From an uncultured bacterium (lineage in GTDB: Bacteria > Gemmatimonadota > Gemmatimonadetes > Gemmatimonadales > Gemmatimonadaceae): a stretch of DNA of 51,334 nt. This document shows, one piece after another, positions 21,939 to 35,029 of this stretch (positions are counted from its first letter, which is position 1; each line of letters starts with the position of its first letter). The stretch is from NCBI GenBank assembly GCA_963978095.1, contig CAXBQP010000017.1:1-51334 (forward strand), read 5' to 3'. A program made the position numbers and the translations under genes. Under the pieces are notes generated by a model. That model had not been told where the DNA came from. It searched no databases and saw only the letters and a list, made by a program, of their open reading frames with translations.

Positions 21939-23061
21939 ATGGCTGACGCCGAACGCACGAAATCCCTCAAGCACGACGAGTCCCGGCTCGCCGAGCTGCG
22001 GAGGTTTCTTTGACCTGGATGGCAAGCGGGCGGCGCTGAACAGCGCCGAGGCCGAAATGGCTGGCGGTGACTTTTGGAACAACCAAGATCGTGCCAGGGT
22101 CGTTGTCTCGAGCGTGAAGTCGCTCAAGGCCTGGATCGAGCCGTTTGACCGGTTGACCGGCCGTGTCGAGAGCGCCCAGGAGATGGACGCGCTGCTCGAG
22201 GGTGACCCGGACCCCGAGATGATCGCCGAGCTGGATCGCGAAACGCTTTCCATCCGCGAGGAGATTGACCAGTTCAAGGTGAAATCTTTGTTGCAGGCCC
22301 CCGACGACTGGCGTGATGCGCAGGTCGAGATTGCGGCGGGGGCTGGCGGCACCGAAGCGCAGGACTGGGCCCAAATGCTCATGCGCATGTACACGCGTTG
22401 GGCCGAGCGGCGCGGCTTCTCCGTGGACATCCTGGATATGAGCGAAGGGGAGGAAGCCGGGATCAAGGGGGCCGTCCTTGAGATCAAGGGGCTTTACGCG
22501 TACGGATTTCTGCGACCCGAGGCGGGGGTGCATCGGCTGGTGCGTATTTCACCCTTCGACTCGCAGGCACGGCGGCACACCAGTTTCGCGTCGATCTTCA
22601 TCTACCCGGTGGTTGACAACGAGATCAACATCGAGATCCGCGAAGAAGACATCAAGATGGACGTGTTTCGTGCGTCCGGTGCCGGCGGCCAGCACGTCAA
22701 CAAGACGAGTTCGGCGGTGCGTTTGACGCACATTCCCTCGGGAATCATCGTGACCTGCCAACAGGAGCGCAGCCAGGGGAAGAATCGCGCGACGGCGATG
22801 AAACAGCTCAAGAACAAGCTGTATCAGAAGGAGCTCGAGAAGCAGCAGGCGATCAAGGCCAAGCTCGATGCGAACAAGATGGATGTGACGTTCGGCAGCC
22901 AGATCCGCAGTTATGTGTTCCAGCCGTACACCATGGTCAACGACCATCGGACGGAGTTGAAGATCAGCGATGTGCAGAAGGTGATGGATGGGGCGATCGA
23001 CCCGTTCATCGAGGAATACCTCAAGCAGTTCGGCGCGGCGAACACCGGGGGGAATGCGTGA
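21939..23061 (+). CDS. prfB: Peptide chain release factor 2 with programmed +1 frameshift
   Basis: ATG 21939 reads MADAERTKSLKHDESRLAELRRFL, then CTT TGA C at 22008-22014; the +1 frame continues to the SPF and GGQ motifs. Confidence 0.97.
22000..22014 (+). promoter_or_regulatory. prfB autoregulatory frameshift cassette
   Basis: GGAGG internal SD, TTT spacer, CTT-TGA-C slippery stop. Confidence 0.95.
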
Positions 23062-24605
23062 GCGAGGACCAGAAGCCCGATCAGCGGGATGATCTCAACT
23101 TCGTGATGAAGGCGCGACGCGACAAATTGGACGCGCTTGTGGCGCGTGGCGTTCCGCCGTTCGCCTACGGGTTCGACCGGTCGCATCATGCGTCGCATGC
23201 CGTGTCCCTCCTGCCCGATGGACAGGAGGAGGGGCCGACGGTGCGGGTGGCGGGGCGCATCGTCGCGTGGCGTGGTCATGGAAAGACCATCTTCGCGCAT
23301 CTTGCCGATAGCACGGGCCGGGTTCAGCTGTATTTCAAGAAGGATGTGCTCGGGGAGGCGCGGTTCGCGATTCTGGAACTGTTCGATCTCGGGGACCATA
23401 TCGGCGTCACGGGGCCGCTGTTCCGCACGCGGACCGGCGAAGTGACCGTTCGCGTGGAATCCGTGGAGATGCTGGCGAAGGCGTTGCGTCCCCTGCCGTT
23501 CGGAAAGGAGGAGGTCATCGACGGCAAGACCGTGCGGCATTCGGCGTTCAGTGACGGCGAAATGCGGTCGCGGCAGCGATATGCGGATCTGGCGGTGCAT
23601 CCCGAGGTGCGCGCCCTGTTCGCGGCGCGTTCGCGGATGACCGCGGCGATTCGCGCGTTTCTGGATGGCCGTGATTTCCTCGAGGTGGAGACGCCGGTGC
23701 TTCAGCCCTTGTACGGCGGTGCTGCGGCCAAGCCGTTCATCACCCATCATAACGCGCTCGACATGCCGCTCTATCTCCGCATTGCGGATGAGCTGTATCT
23801 GAAGCGGCTGGTGGTGGGGGGATTCGATCGGGTGTACGAGATCGGGCACGATTTCCGCAACGAGGGAATCGACCGAACGCACAATCCCGAGTTCACGATG
23901 CTGGAGTTCTACCAGGCGTACGCCGACTACACCCAGATGATGGATGTGGTGGAGTCGCTGTTGATGGCGGCGGCCGCGGCCGTGCGGACGGCGTTGGAAG
24001 GGACCGACGTCGCGACCGATGCGCCGGCCCGCGATGCCGACGTGTTCGCGGGACCGTTCCCGCGCATCGAGTGGGTGCCGGCGCTCAGTGCCGGGATCGG
24101 GGTTCCCGATGTGATGGCGCTCGATCACGGGCAGTTGATCAAGGCGGCCGAAGCGATCGGCGTGCCGAAAGCGAACACCCTGTCGCGTCCGAAACTGTTG
24201 GATGAACTCTTCCAGCATCATGTGGAGTCGAAGATCGACCGCCCCACGTTCGTCATCGATTATCCGCTGGAGCTGTCGCCGCTCGCGAAGCCGAAGCGCG
24301 GCAATCCGGCGTTGACCGAACGGTTCGAGCTGTTCGCCAAGGGGAAGGAGATGGCGAACGCGTTCTCGGAACTCAATGACCCGATCGATCAGCGCGGGCG
24401 CTTCGATGCGCAGGCTGCGTTGCGCGCCGCCGGGGATGAAGAGGCGACCGGGGTCGACGAGGACTATTTGCGGGCCATGGAATATGGCATGCCGCCCATG
24501 GGCGGAGTGGGGATCGGGCTCGACCGGCTCTTCATGTACCTGACCGCGACCGCCCACATTCGCGATGCGATCCTCTTCCCGACGATGCGTCCCGAGATCT
24601 TCTGA
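23058..24605 (+). CDS. lysS: Lysine--tRNA ligase (class II)
   Basis: EVETPVL, GGAAAKPF, YLRIADELYLKRL, FRNEGID.THNPEF, YGMPPMGG.GIGLDR. Confidence 0.98.
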   Translation: MSEDQKPDQRDDLNFVMKARRDKLDALVARGVPPFAYGFDRSHHASHAVSLLPDGQEEGPTVRVAGRIVAWRGHGKTIFAHLADSTGRVQLYFKKDVLGEARFAILELFDLGDHIGVTGPLFRTRTGEVTVRVESVEMLAKALRPLPFGKEEVIDGKTVRHSAFSDGEMRSRQRYADLAVHPEVRALFAARSRMTAAIRAFLDGRDFLEVETPVLQPLYGGAAAKPFITHHNALDMPLYLRIADELYLKRLVVGGFDRVYEIGHDFRNEGIDRTHNPEFTMLEFYQAYADYTQMMDVVESLLMAAAAAVRTALEGTDVATDAPARDADVFAGPFPRIEWVPALSAGIGVPDVMALDHGQLIKAAEAIGVPKANTLSRPKLLDELFQHHVESKIDRPTFVIDYPLELSPLAKPKRGNPALTERFELFAKGKEMANAFSELNDPIDQRGRFDAQAALRAAGDEEATGVDEDYLRAMEYGMPPMGGVGIGLDRLFMYLTATAHIRDAILFPTMRPEIF

Positions 24606-25897
24606 TGTCGAGACTCGAGCTCGCGATCGCCATGCGCTATCTGCGCAGCCGACGCGGCTCGCGGTTGTTGTCGTTCATCACCCTCATCGCCATCGGAGGG
24701 CTGATGGTCGGGGTCGGCGCCTTGATCGTGATCATGGGCGTCATGAACGGGCTGCAGTACGATTTGCGCGAGAAGATCCTGGTCGGCAGTCCGGACATCC
24801 GTGTGTTGGGCTACGGCGATGACCTGCGCATCCAACCGTGGAAACAGCTCGTGGACAGCGTGCGGAAGGAGCGGGGGGTGGTGGCGGCGTCTCCCTTCGT
24901 CCTGACGCAAGGACTGTTGCGCGCGACCTCGAACTATCAGGAAGCGGTGTCGATCTCCGGGATCGTGCCGCAGGGCGACAGCGTCGCCATGGGGATCGTG
25001 TCGCGCCCGGGCGGCACGGTCTCGGCAGGCCCGGTGACGTCGATTCGGCAGCATGCGACGACGGGAGATTTCCGGTTCGCGACCGCGGACGGCAAGCGGC
25101 GCGGCGCCGTGCTCGGCAAGTTGCTCGCGGATCGCCTGCATGTGTCGATCGGATCGACGTTGACGGCCATGACATCGGCCGGTGTCGCACAGAATCCGAT
25201 CACCGGCGGGTACTATCCGCGATTGTTCGATCTCGAGGTCACGGGAACGTTCGATACCGGTCTGTACGAGTACGACAACTCGTATGTCTTCGTCGACATC
25301 GATCAGGCGCGTGAGTTGGCCGGTTTGGGCACCGCAGTGACCGGGATTGAGGTACGGACGCTCGACCGTACGTCTGCGGCTACGGTGGCGACGCGGCTCG
25401 AGGAGCGTTTGGGGTTCCCGTACCGCACGGTCACGTGGGAGGCGCAGAACTCCTCGCTGTTTCGCGCGCTCAAGCTGGAGAAGGCCGGCATGGGGTTCAT
25501 TCTGATGCTGATCATCACGGTCGCTGCGTTGAACATCGTCAGCACGCTGACCATGGTCGTGCGCGACAAGACCCGTGAGGTCGGGATCCTGAAGGCGATG
25601 GGGCTCAAGTCCGGTTCGGTGCTCCGGATCTTCCTCGTCCAGGGGCTCGTGATCGGCGTGGTCGGCACCGGACTCGGACTGATGCTCGGTGGGACGGTCG
25701 GCATCGGCCTTGACCGCTACCATCTTATCGCGCTGGATCCGACGATCTACTTCATCGACCATCTGCCGGTGCGTATGCAAGCGCTCGATGTCGCGTTGAT
25801 CAGCTTGCTGGGCGTTGCCGTCGCGACGCTGGCGACGGTGTATCCGGCGTTGCAGGCCTCCCGGCTCTATCCGCTCGAGGCGATCCGCAGCGAATGA
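24605..25897 (+). CDS. lolC: Lipoprotein-releasing ABC transporter permease (LolC/E family)
   Basis: IAMRYLR, VMNGLQ, NIVSTLTMVVRDKTREVGILKAMG, YPALQAS. Confidence 0.9.
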   Translation: MSRLELAIAMRYLRSRRGSRLLSFITLIAIGGLMVGVGALIVIMGVMNGLQYDLREKILVGSPDIRVLGYGDDLRIQPWKQLVDSVRKERGVVAASPFVLTQGLLRATSNYQEAVSISGIVPQGDSVAMGIVSRPGGTVSAGPVTSIRQHATTGDFRFATADGKRRGAVLGKLLADRLHVSIGSTLTAMTSAGVAQNPITGGYYPRLFDLEVTGTFDTGLYEYDNSYVFVDIDQARELAGLGTAVTGIEVRTLDRTSAATVATRLEERLGFPYRTVTWEAQNSSLFRALKLEKAGMGFILMLIITVAALNIVSTLTMVVRDKTREVGILKAMGLKSGSVLRIFLVQGLVIGVVGTGLGLMLGGTVGIGLDRYHLIALDPTIYFIDHLPVRMQALDVALISLLGVAVATLATVYPALQASRLYPLEAIRSE

Positions 25898-26616
25898 GTG
25901 ACATCATCGAGAGCCGGGCAGCGATTCTGGACGCCACCGACGTCGTCAAGACGTTCCAAGGCGGCGACGGCTCCGTCGTCACGGTGCTCGACGGGGTGAC
26001 TTTGCGCGTTGCCCGCGGCGAGATGGTGGCGATCATCGGCGCCAGTGGGGCCGGGAAGAGCACGCTCCTGCACGTGCTCGGGGCGCTGGAACGTCCGACG
26101 GCGGGAATCGTTCGTATCGGGGGGGACTCGGTGACGGCGCTCTCGGACGAGGGCCTGGGAGCACTGCGTAACCGGCACATCGGTTTCGTGTTTCAGTTCC
26201 ATCATCTGCTCAAGGAGTTCTCGGCGTTGGAGAATGTGATGATGCCCATGCGGATCGCGGATCGCCCGTCGGGCGAGGTCCGGTCGCGTGCCGAGGGGCT
26301 GTTGGAGCGGGTGGGGCTGTCGCATCGCCTGCACCACCGGCCGTCCGAGCTGTCCGGGGGAGAGCAGCAGCGCACGGCCGTGGCCCGGGCGTTGGCGATG
26401 TCCCCGGCGCTGCTCTTGGCTGATGAGCCGTCCGGGAACCTCGACCATCACAATGCCGAGTCGCTGCATGCGTTGTTCGGGGAACTGGCGAGCGAGTTGG
26501 CCTTGGGGTTGGTGGTGGTGACGCACAACCGGTCGCTCGCCGCGCGTGCGGGGAGGGTCCTGCTTCTGGAGGCGGGGCGATTGAGCGATACGTCAGGGAC
26601 TATGGGAGCCGTCTGA
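25894..26616 (+). CDS. lolD: Lipoprotein-releasing ABC transporter ATP-binding protein
   Basis: GASGAGKS, GFVFQFHHLL (LolD motif), LSGGEQQR, ADEPSGNLD. Confidence 0.93.
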   Translation: MSDIIESRAAILDATDVVKTFQGGDGSVVTVLDGVTLRVARGEMVAIIGASGAGKSTLLHVLGALERPTAGIVRIGGDSVTALSDEGLGALRNRHIGFVFQFHHLLKEFSALENVMMPMRIADRPSGEVRSRAEGLLERVGLSHRLHHRPSELSGGEQQRTAVARALAMSPALLLADEPSGNLDHHNAESLHALFGELASELALGLVVVTHNRSLAARAGRVLLLEAGRLSDTSGTMGAV

Positions 26617-27104
26617 TGCTGTGCCAACAGTGCAAGGAACGCGACGCGGTCCTCAATTTGACGCATCTCGTCGGCGACGCGGTGCAGCAGGTGCATTTGT
26701 GCGAAAAGTGTGCCGCGGAGCGCGGGTTGCCGACGACCATCGCCATGCCCAAGGCGACGCCGATCGGTGATTTCCTCTCGTCAGTGCAGAATCAGGTGGC
26801 GGCGATGCCGGGGGATGCGGCGCGCTGCTCGTATTGTGGTACCTCGTTGCGCGATTTCCGTGCGAGCGGCCGCTTGGGATGCGCGCAGTGCTACGGCGCG
26901 TTCGAGCAGAGTTTGCGCGACCTGCTGCGCCGGGTGCAGGGAAATGTCAAACACGTCGGGCGCCGATATGAGGCACCGACGGGGGAGCCGCTGTCGCCGG
27001 ACGCCGCATTGCTGCAGTTGCGTCAGCAGTTGCACGATGCGATCGCGCGCGAGGAGTTCGAGACCGCGGCGTCGTTGCGCGACCAGATCCGGACACTGGA
27101 ATGA
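26616..27104 (+). CDS. mcsA: Protein-arginine kinase activator McsA
   Basis: Four CxxC motifs, GRLGCAQCY, and a C-terminal UVR motif EEFETAASLRD. Confidence 0.9.
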   Translation: MLCQQCKERDAVLNLTHLVGDAVQQVHLCEKCAAERGLPTTIAMPKATPIGDFLSSVQNQVAAMPGDAARCSYCGTSLRDFRASGRLGCAQCYGAFEQSLRDLLRRVQGNVKHVGRRYEAPTGEPLSPDAALLQLRQQLHDAIAREEFETAASLRDQIRTLE

Positions 27105-28207
27105 CGCTCGATCTTTCCCTGCTGCCGGATGGCGGCGTGCCCTGGCTCGCCGCGAGCGGCGACTTTGCGGACGTGGTGTTGTCCTCGCGCATCCGCTTCG
27201 CCCGGAACGTGGCGGGATACGCCTTCACCGCGCGGGCGCGGGACGGCGAGCGACTCCGGCTGCTGGCGCAGGTCCGTGACGCAGTGCCGCAGCTGCCCAG
27301 TTTGGGCGGGGCGGTTGTGCTGCGCATGGACGAGATGAACCTCACGGAACGCCAGTTGCTCCATGAGCGGCATCTGGTCAGCAAAGAGTTGGCCGGTCTG
27401 GATGGCGCCAACGAGGTGAAGAGCGCGGCGGCGGTCCTCGTATCCCACGAAGCCGGTGTGATGGTGAATGAGGAGGACCACCTGCGCCTGCAGGCATTCC
27501 GGTCCGGATTCGATCTGGATGGGGCGTTCCGGGCGGCGACCCGACTGGACCGGGAGCTCGGCTCGATGCTTCCGTACGCGTTTCATCCGGAGTTCGGCTT
27601 CCTGACGTCCTGCCCGACGAACACGGGGACGGGGATGCGGGCGTCGGTCCTGATCCATTTGCCGGGATTGGTCTTGACGCAAGAGATCAGCAAGGTCCTG
27701 CAGGGGCTGCAGCAGATGGGGCTGACCTACCGGGGGCTGTACGGAGAGGGGAGCGAGGTGGTCGGGAACTTCTTCCAGATCTCGAACCAGACGACCCTCG
27801 GTCGGTCGGAGGAGGAGCTGGTGGAGCACCTGTCGCGGGTCGTCCAGCGCGTGGTGGAGCAGGAGACCCAGGCGCGCCGTGTACTGCTTCGGGACGCCGG
27901 TTATATTATTGAGGACAAGCTCTGGCGCGCCTTCGGGACGCTGCGGCACGCGCGCAGTCTGCCCGCCGACGAAGCCATGAACTTGCTGAGTGGAGTACGA
28001 TTGGCGGTGGGCCTGCAACTGATTGAGGGGCTCAGCGTCTACACGCTCAACAAGCTCCTGATTTTCAGCCAGTCGGCGCACCTCGCTCATGGTGCTGGGC
28101 GAACGCTGACGGAGAGCGAGGCCAATCTGGCACGTGCAAAATACGTGCGGCGGGTGCTCGCGGATGAGACCGGATCGGCAGGTGGTGCCGCAGGCGGTAT
28201 CGCATGA
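27101..28207 (+). CDS. mcsB: Protein arginine kinase McsB
   Basis: SSRIRFARN, ERHLVS, MVNEEDHLR, LTSCPTNTGTG, FQISNQTTLG. Confidence 0.95.
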   Translation: MTLDLSLLPDGGVPWLAASGDFADVVLSSRIRFARNVAGYAFTARARDGERLRLLAQVRDAVPQLPSLGGAVVLRMDEMNLTERQLLHERHLVSKELAGLDGANEVKSAAAVLVSHEAGVMVNEEDHLRLQAFRSGFDLDGAFRAATRLDRELGSMLPYAFHPEFGFLTSCPTNTGTGMRASVLIHLPGLVLTQEISKVLQGLQQMGLTYRGLYGEGSEVVGNFFQISNQTTLGRSEEELVEHLSRVVQRVVEQETQARRVLLRDAGYIIEDKLWRAFGTLRHARSLPADEAMNLLSGVRLAVGLQLIEGLSVYTLNKLLIFSQSAHLAHGAGRTLTESEANLARAKYVRRVLADETGSAGGAAGGIA

Positions 28208-28232
28208 CCGGTTCCTACGGAGTGAGGGGACG

Positions 28233-30734
<2,502 letters not shown>

Positions 30735-30819
30735 GGTCAGGCTGGGGCAGGCCGTCCGGGAGCGGGGCTGACTGCCGGGGGTGACCGGTGGTGGGGTGAC
30801 ACGGAGAATCGGAACTTGC

Positions 30820-30851
30820 GGGGCCGAAAGGGGTTACACCCTTTCGGCCCC
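30820..30851. other. 13-bp perfect hairpin between clpC and bamA, overlapping a putative bamA promoter
   Basis: GGGGCCGAAAGGG-gttaca-CCCTTTCGGCCCC; TATATT at 30858-30863. Confidence 0.55.
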
Positions 30852-30872
30852 TAATAGTATATTTCCGAGCTT

Positions 30873-33290
30873 ATGCGCAAACTTCTGTTGATTGCCGTGG
30901 CCCTCTGCGGGGCCGGGGTGGAGTTGCGGGCGCAGGACGACGTCGGCCGGTGTGCGACCCCTGATTCGGTGGTCGTCACGGGCAACAAGCGCGTCCCTTC
31001 TGCGACCGTGTTGCTGGATGCCGGCATAGCGACGGGAACGGCACTCAATGCGCCGTCCATCCAGCGTGCGATGCGCAACATCTTCGCGGGTGGGCAGTTC
31101 GACGACGTGAAGATCGAGTGCCGGGTCCTGACGGCCCCGACGTCGAGCGCGTATCTGCAGATTCTCGTGGTCGAGCGTCCGTTGCTCGACTTCGTCGATG
31201 TGACCGGCGTGGCCGCGGTTCCGGCCAAGGATGTGAAGGACAAGGTCGAGCTCTTGATCGGCCGTCCGGTCGATCCGGCGCTGGTGGCGCGTGCGGTGCA
31301 GCGCATGGACTCGGTGTATCAGGCCAACGGGTACTATCTGGCGCGCATCAAGCCGGACACGACCGTGGTCGCCGACAATCACATCACCATCCAGTTCAAG
31401 ATCGACGAGGGGCGGCGGTTGAGCATCAGTGGCGTCAAGGTCACCGGCAACATCAAGGTGCCGGCGTCGGAGATCGTGTCGGGGCTGAAGACCAAGCCCG
31501 AGGGGTTCTGGTGGTGGCGCGGTGGCGATTTCGACGCGGACAAGTACGCGCAGGACCTGGGCGATTCGCTTCCCGTGATGTATGCCCGTCGCGGTTTCAT
31601 CGACTTTCAGCTGGTGAAGGACACGCTGATCGTGGATCGGGAGCGGGGCAAGGCGATGGTGGAAATCACCGTCAATGAGGGAAAGCAGTACAAGGTGGGG
31701 GGATTCGAGGTGACCGGGAACAAGCGGTTCAACTCGGAGGACATCAGCCGGTTCTATCCCTTCACGAACACCGCGCCGTCGCTGCCCCAGCGGCTGAACA
31801 GCTTGGTGCGTCGGAAGCCGGTCATGACGGGAACCTTCGACAAGTCCGTGTGGGACGAGGCGACCCAGAAGGTGCGCACCGCGTACTACAACGAGGGGTA
31901 TCTGTACGCGCAGGTGCGTCCCGTCCTGGATCGCGCATCCGGGGACTCGGGGCGCGTGACGCTGCGCTGGGACATCCAGGAAGGATCGCCGGCGATCATC
32001 AATCGCATCGACATCGTCGGGAACGACTACACGCACGAGAACTGCATCCGGGATCAGCTGGTGCTGATCCCCGGGGATGTGTTCAGTCAGGACCGACTTC
32101 TGCGGAGCTATCAGAGCATCGGCAATCTCGGCTTCTTCGACACGCCGCTGGCGTTCCCGGAGACCCGTCCGGCCAACGATCAGGGCGACGTGGACATCAT
32201 CTTCAAGGTGAAGGAGAAGCGCACGGGGAACGTGAGCTTCGGTGCGTCCATGGGGCAGGGGACCGGGCTCGGCGGCTTCATCGGTCTGGATCAGCCCAAT
32301 CTGTTCGGGAAGTGCAAGAAGGGATCGCTGAACTGGCAGTACGGCCGCTACATCAACGACTTCCAGTTGTCGTACACCGATCCGGCCATCCAGCAGTCGC
32401 GGTTGGCGGGCACGGTGACGGCGTATCACTCTCAGTCGCGCTACACCATCGCGGACTTGGGGCAGACCACGCGCACTGGCGGCTCGGTCCGCCTGGCCTT
32501 CCCCTTCTTCAACTCGCGCTACACACGGGTCGGCGTGTCCTACGGATTGGAGGCGGTGCGGTTCTCGAGCGACGGTCTCGTGGGGACGATCACGACGAAC
32601 AACTGCGCCGGGTGTCTCCGGTCGACGGTGAGCCTCGACCTGACGCGCGACACGCGGTCGGAGGTCCCGTTCCCCTCCGAAGGGACGCTCGCGAGCGTCA
32701 CGACGGCCTTCAATGGCGGGCTGCTCGGCGGAACGGCCTCGTTCCAGCGGTTCACGACGGACGTCAAGTCGTTCACGACGTTGATGCGGATCGGTGGGGA
32801 CAAGCCGGGCTCGCAACCGCTCAAGTTGGTGGCCGGGATCTCGCAGCGCACGGGGTTCGTCTTCGGCAACGCCGGGCCCTTCTTCTCGAACCAGGAGTTC
32901 GCGCTTGGTGGGGTGCAGTACGGCGAGCCGCTGCGCGGGTATCCGGAGTTCTCCGTGACGCCGCTCGGGTACAATCCGTCCACGGGTACGAACAACGCCG
33001 TGCGGCAGTCGTTCGGCAACGCCTTCTTCACGGCGACCGCCGAGGTCGGGTTGCGGGTGTCGTCGCAGTTCTACGCGGACGTGTTCTATGAGGGTGGAAA
33101 CGTCTGGCAGAATCCGCGAGACTTCAATCCGTCGCGTTTGTTCCGGAGCTTCGGTATCGGAGCATCGGTGATTTCCCCGCTGGGCCCGCTGGGCCTCGAC
33201 TGGGCGTATGGGTTCGACCGGGTGGACGAGAATGGTCGTCCCGACCCGCGATGGCAGATTCACTTCAAGTTGGGCCAGTTCTTCAACTAA
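30873..33290 (+). CDS. bamA: Outer membrane protein assembly factor BamA
   Basis: Signal peptide, five POTRA domains, LRGY loop-6 motif, SPLGPLGLDWAY, terminal FKLGQFF. Confidence 0.96.
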   Translation: MRKLLLIAVALCGAGVELRAQDDVGRCATPDSVVVTGNKRVPSATVLLDAGIATGTALNAPSIQRAMRNIFAGGQFDDVKIECRVLTAPTSSAYLQILVVERPLLDFVDVTGVAAVPAKDVKDKVELLIGRPVDPALVARAVQRMDSVYQANGYYLARIKPDTTVVADNHITIQFKIDEGRRLSISGVKVTGNIKVPASEIVSGLKTKPEGFWWWRGGDFDADKYAQDLGDSLPVMYARRGFIDFQLVKDTLIVDRERGKAMVEITVNEGKQYKVGGFEVTGNKRFNSEDISRFYPFTNTAPSLPQRLNSLVRRKPVMTGTFDKSVWDEATQKVRTAYYNEGYLYAQVRPVLDRASGDSGRVTLRWDIQEGSPAIINRIDIVGNDYTHENCIRDQLVLIPGDVFSQDRLLRSYQSIGNLGFFDTPLAFPETRPANDQGDVDIIFKVKEKRTGNVSFGASMGQGTGLGGFIGLDQPNLFGKCKKGSLNWQYGRYINDFQLSYTDPAIQQSRLAGTVTAYHSQSRYTIADLGQTTRTGGSVRLAFPFFNSRYTRVGVSYGLEAVRFSSDGLVGTITTNNCAGCLRSTVSLDLTRDTRSEVPFPSEGTLASVTTAFNGGLLGGTASFQRFTTDVKSFTTLMRIGGDKPGSQPLKLVAGISQRTGFVFGNAGPFFSNQEFALGGVQYGEPLRGYPEFSVTPLGYNPSTGTNNAVRQSFGNAFFTATAEVGLRVSSQFYADVFYEGGNVWQNPRDFNPSRLFRSFGIGASVISPLGPLGLDWAYGFDRVDENGRPDPRWQIHFKLGQFFN

Positions 33291-33301
33291 TGGGAGTTTT
33301 C

Positions 33302-33940
33302 ATGTCTTACCTTGCCCGGGCGCGCAACGCCGCCATCCTCCTTGCGCTGGCCGCTGCGGCGCCGCTCAGCGCGCAGACCGCTCCGCTCAAGATCGCGTAC
33401 GTCAACACGCGCAACATCCTCGATGCCGCGCCGGGTCGCCCGGACGCCGAGGCCCAGTTGCAGAAGGAAGCCACGGTGATGCAGGAGAAGGCGAAGAAGA
33501 TGAGCGACTCGCTGCAGGCGGCGATCGACGAGTACAAGAAGGTGATGCCGACGCTGACGCAGGCGCAGCGTGACGCGCGCGAGAAGACCTTGGGACAGCG
33601 CCAGGCCGACATGCAGCAGCGCGCCCAGGACATGGAGACGGCGATGCAGGGGCGTCAGAACGAGCTCATGGCGCCGATCCTCGACCAGATCAAACTGGTG
33701 CTGGAGGACGTGCGCGTCGAGGGGAACTACACCTTCCTGTTCGACGTGGCGAACGCGTCGGGCATCGTGGCGGCGGACAAGAATCTGGACATCTCGGATC
33801 GCGTGATCGCGAAGCTGCGTACGATGCCGGCGCCCAAGGCGGGGGAGGCCAAGAAGGACGTCAAGAAGCCCGACGAGAAGAAGCCTGAAGACAAGAAGCC
33901 GGTCCCGGCGCCTGCTGGCGTCAAGAAGCCGGCCAACTAA
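33302..33940 (+). CDS. skp: Periplasmic chaperone Skp/OmpH
   Basis: Signal peptide, KIAYVN, coiled coil, YTFLFD, LDISDRVI; Lys/Pro-rich tail; GGGAG SD. Confidence 0.9.
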   Translation: MSYLARARNAAILLALAAAAPLSAQTAPLKIAYVNTRNILDAAPGRPDAEAQLQKEATVMQEKAKKMSDSLQAAIDEYKKVMPTLTQAQRDAREKTLGQRQADMQQRAQDMETAMQGRQNELMAPILDQIKLVLEDVRVEGNYTFLFDVANASGIVAADKNLDISDRVIAKLRTMPAPKAGEAKKDVKKPDEKKPEDKKPVPAPAGVKKPAN

Positions 33941-33988
33941 GCGGCAACGGGCGACGGCGCCCGGACGCTCCGCGGACAGTTCCTCCGC

Positions 33989-35029
33989 ATGATCGCCCGT
34001 CCTGCTCCTACCATGACCGCCGCGGCCGTTGCCGCGGCGGTCGGCGGCGTTGTGATCGGTGATGCGACGCGCGTGGTGAGGGGGGTCGCGCCGCTGGATC
34101 GCGCCAATGAGTCACAGGTCTCGTTTTTCGCCAAGCTCGGCTATGCGGCGCTGTTCGCCGCCAGTCGCGCGGGTGTGGTGTTGGTCTCCCCCGAGTTGGC
34201 GGAGACCCCCGGGCTGTGTGCGACGCGCGTGATCGTGGCGCGGCCGCACGAGGCGATGCTCGCGCTGTTGCCGACGTTCTATCCGGAGCCGGATTTCGTG
34301 CCCGGCATCCATGCGTCCGCCGTCGTGGATCCGTCGGCGGAGGTCGCCGAGGGGGCGCGGGTGGATGCGCTCGCGGTCGTGGGTGCGGGGGCGCGAATCG
34401 GCGAAGGCGCGTGGGTCGGCGCGAGCTGCGTTGTCGGGTCCGGCGTCAGCGTTGGGGCGCGTTCTCGTCTGCACCCGCACGTCACCCTCTACCCGGGGAG
34501 CGTGATCGGGGAGCGCGTGACGCTGCACAGTGGTGCGCGTATCGGCAGCGACGGGTTCGGGTTCGTGTATCAGGATGGGGCGCATCAGAAGATCCCGCAC
34601 GTCGGGCGCTGTGTGATCGGGGACGATGTGGAGATCGGTGCGAACAGTACCGTCGACCGCGGGAGCATTGACGACACGGTCATCGGCGCCGGAACGAAGC
34701 TCGACAATCTCGTGCATGTGGGGCACAACGTCCGGATCGGGCGCTTGTGCCTCTTCATGGCGCACGTAGGCATTTCCGGGAGCACGCACATCGGAGACGG
34801 CGTGATCTTCGCTGGCCAATCGGGGGCGGCGGGACATCTGGAGATCGGGCATGGGGCGCGCATGGCCGCGCGGGCCGCGGTGTACCGTGATGTTCCGGCG
34901 GGCGAGACCTGGTCCGGCACACCGGCGCGTCCTCATCGCGAGGAGTTGCGAAAGGACGCGGCGCTGCAGCGGTTGGCCGCCCGGTTGCGAGAGATCGAGG
35001 CGCTGCTGGATGCAGCGAAGCGTCCATGA
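33989..35029 (+). CDS. lpxD: UDP-3-O-(3-hydroxyacyl)glucosamine N-acyltransferase
   Basis: Hexapeptide repeats, IGSDGFGF, EIGANSTVDRG, KLDNLVHVGHN. Confidence 0.96.
   Translation: MIARPAPTMTAAAVAAAVGGVVIGDATRVVRGVAPLDRANESQVSFFAKLGYAALFAASRAGVVLVSPELAETPGLCATRVIVARPHEAMLALLPTFYPEPDFVPGIHASAVVDPSAEVAEGARVDALAVVGAGARIGEGAWVGASCVVGSGVSVGARSRLHPHVTLYPGSVIGERVTLHSGARIGSDGFGFVYQDGAHQKIPHVGRCVIGDDVEIGANSTVDRGSIDDTVIGAGTKLDNLVHVGHNVRIGRLCLFMAHVGISGSTHIGDGVIFAGQSGAAGHLEIGHGARMAARAAVYRDVPAGETWSGTPARPHREELRKDAALQRLAARLREIEALLDAAKRP

Noticed and set aside
30834..33263. 809-aa antisense ORF over bamA (also those over clpC, lysS, uvrC, lolC)
   Set aside because: Mirror frames stay open because of high-GC codon bias; no domains recognised.
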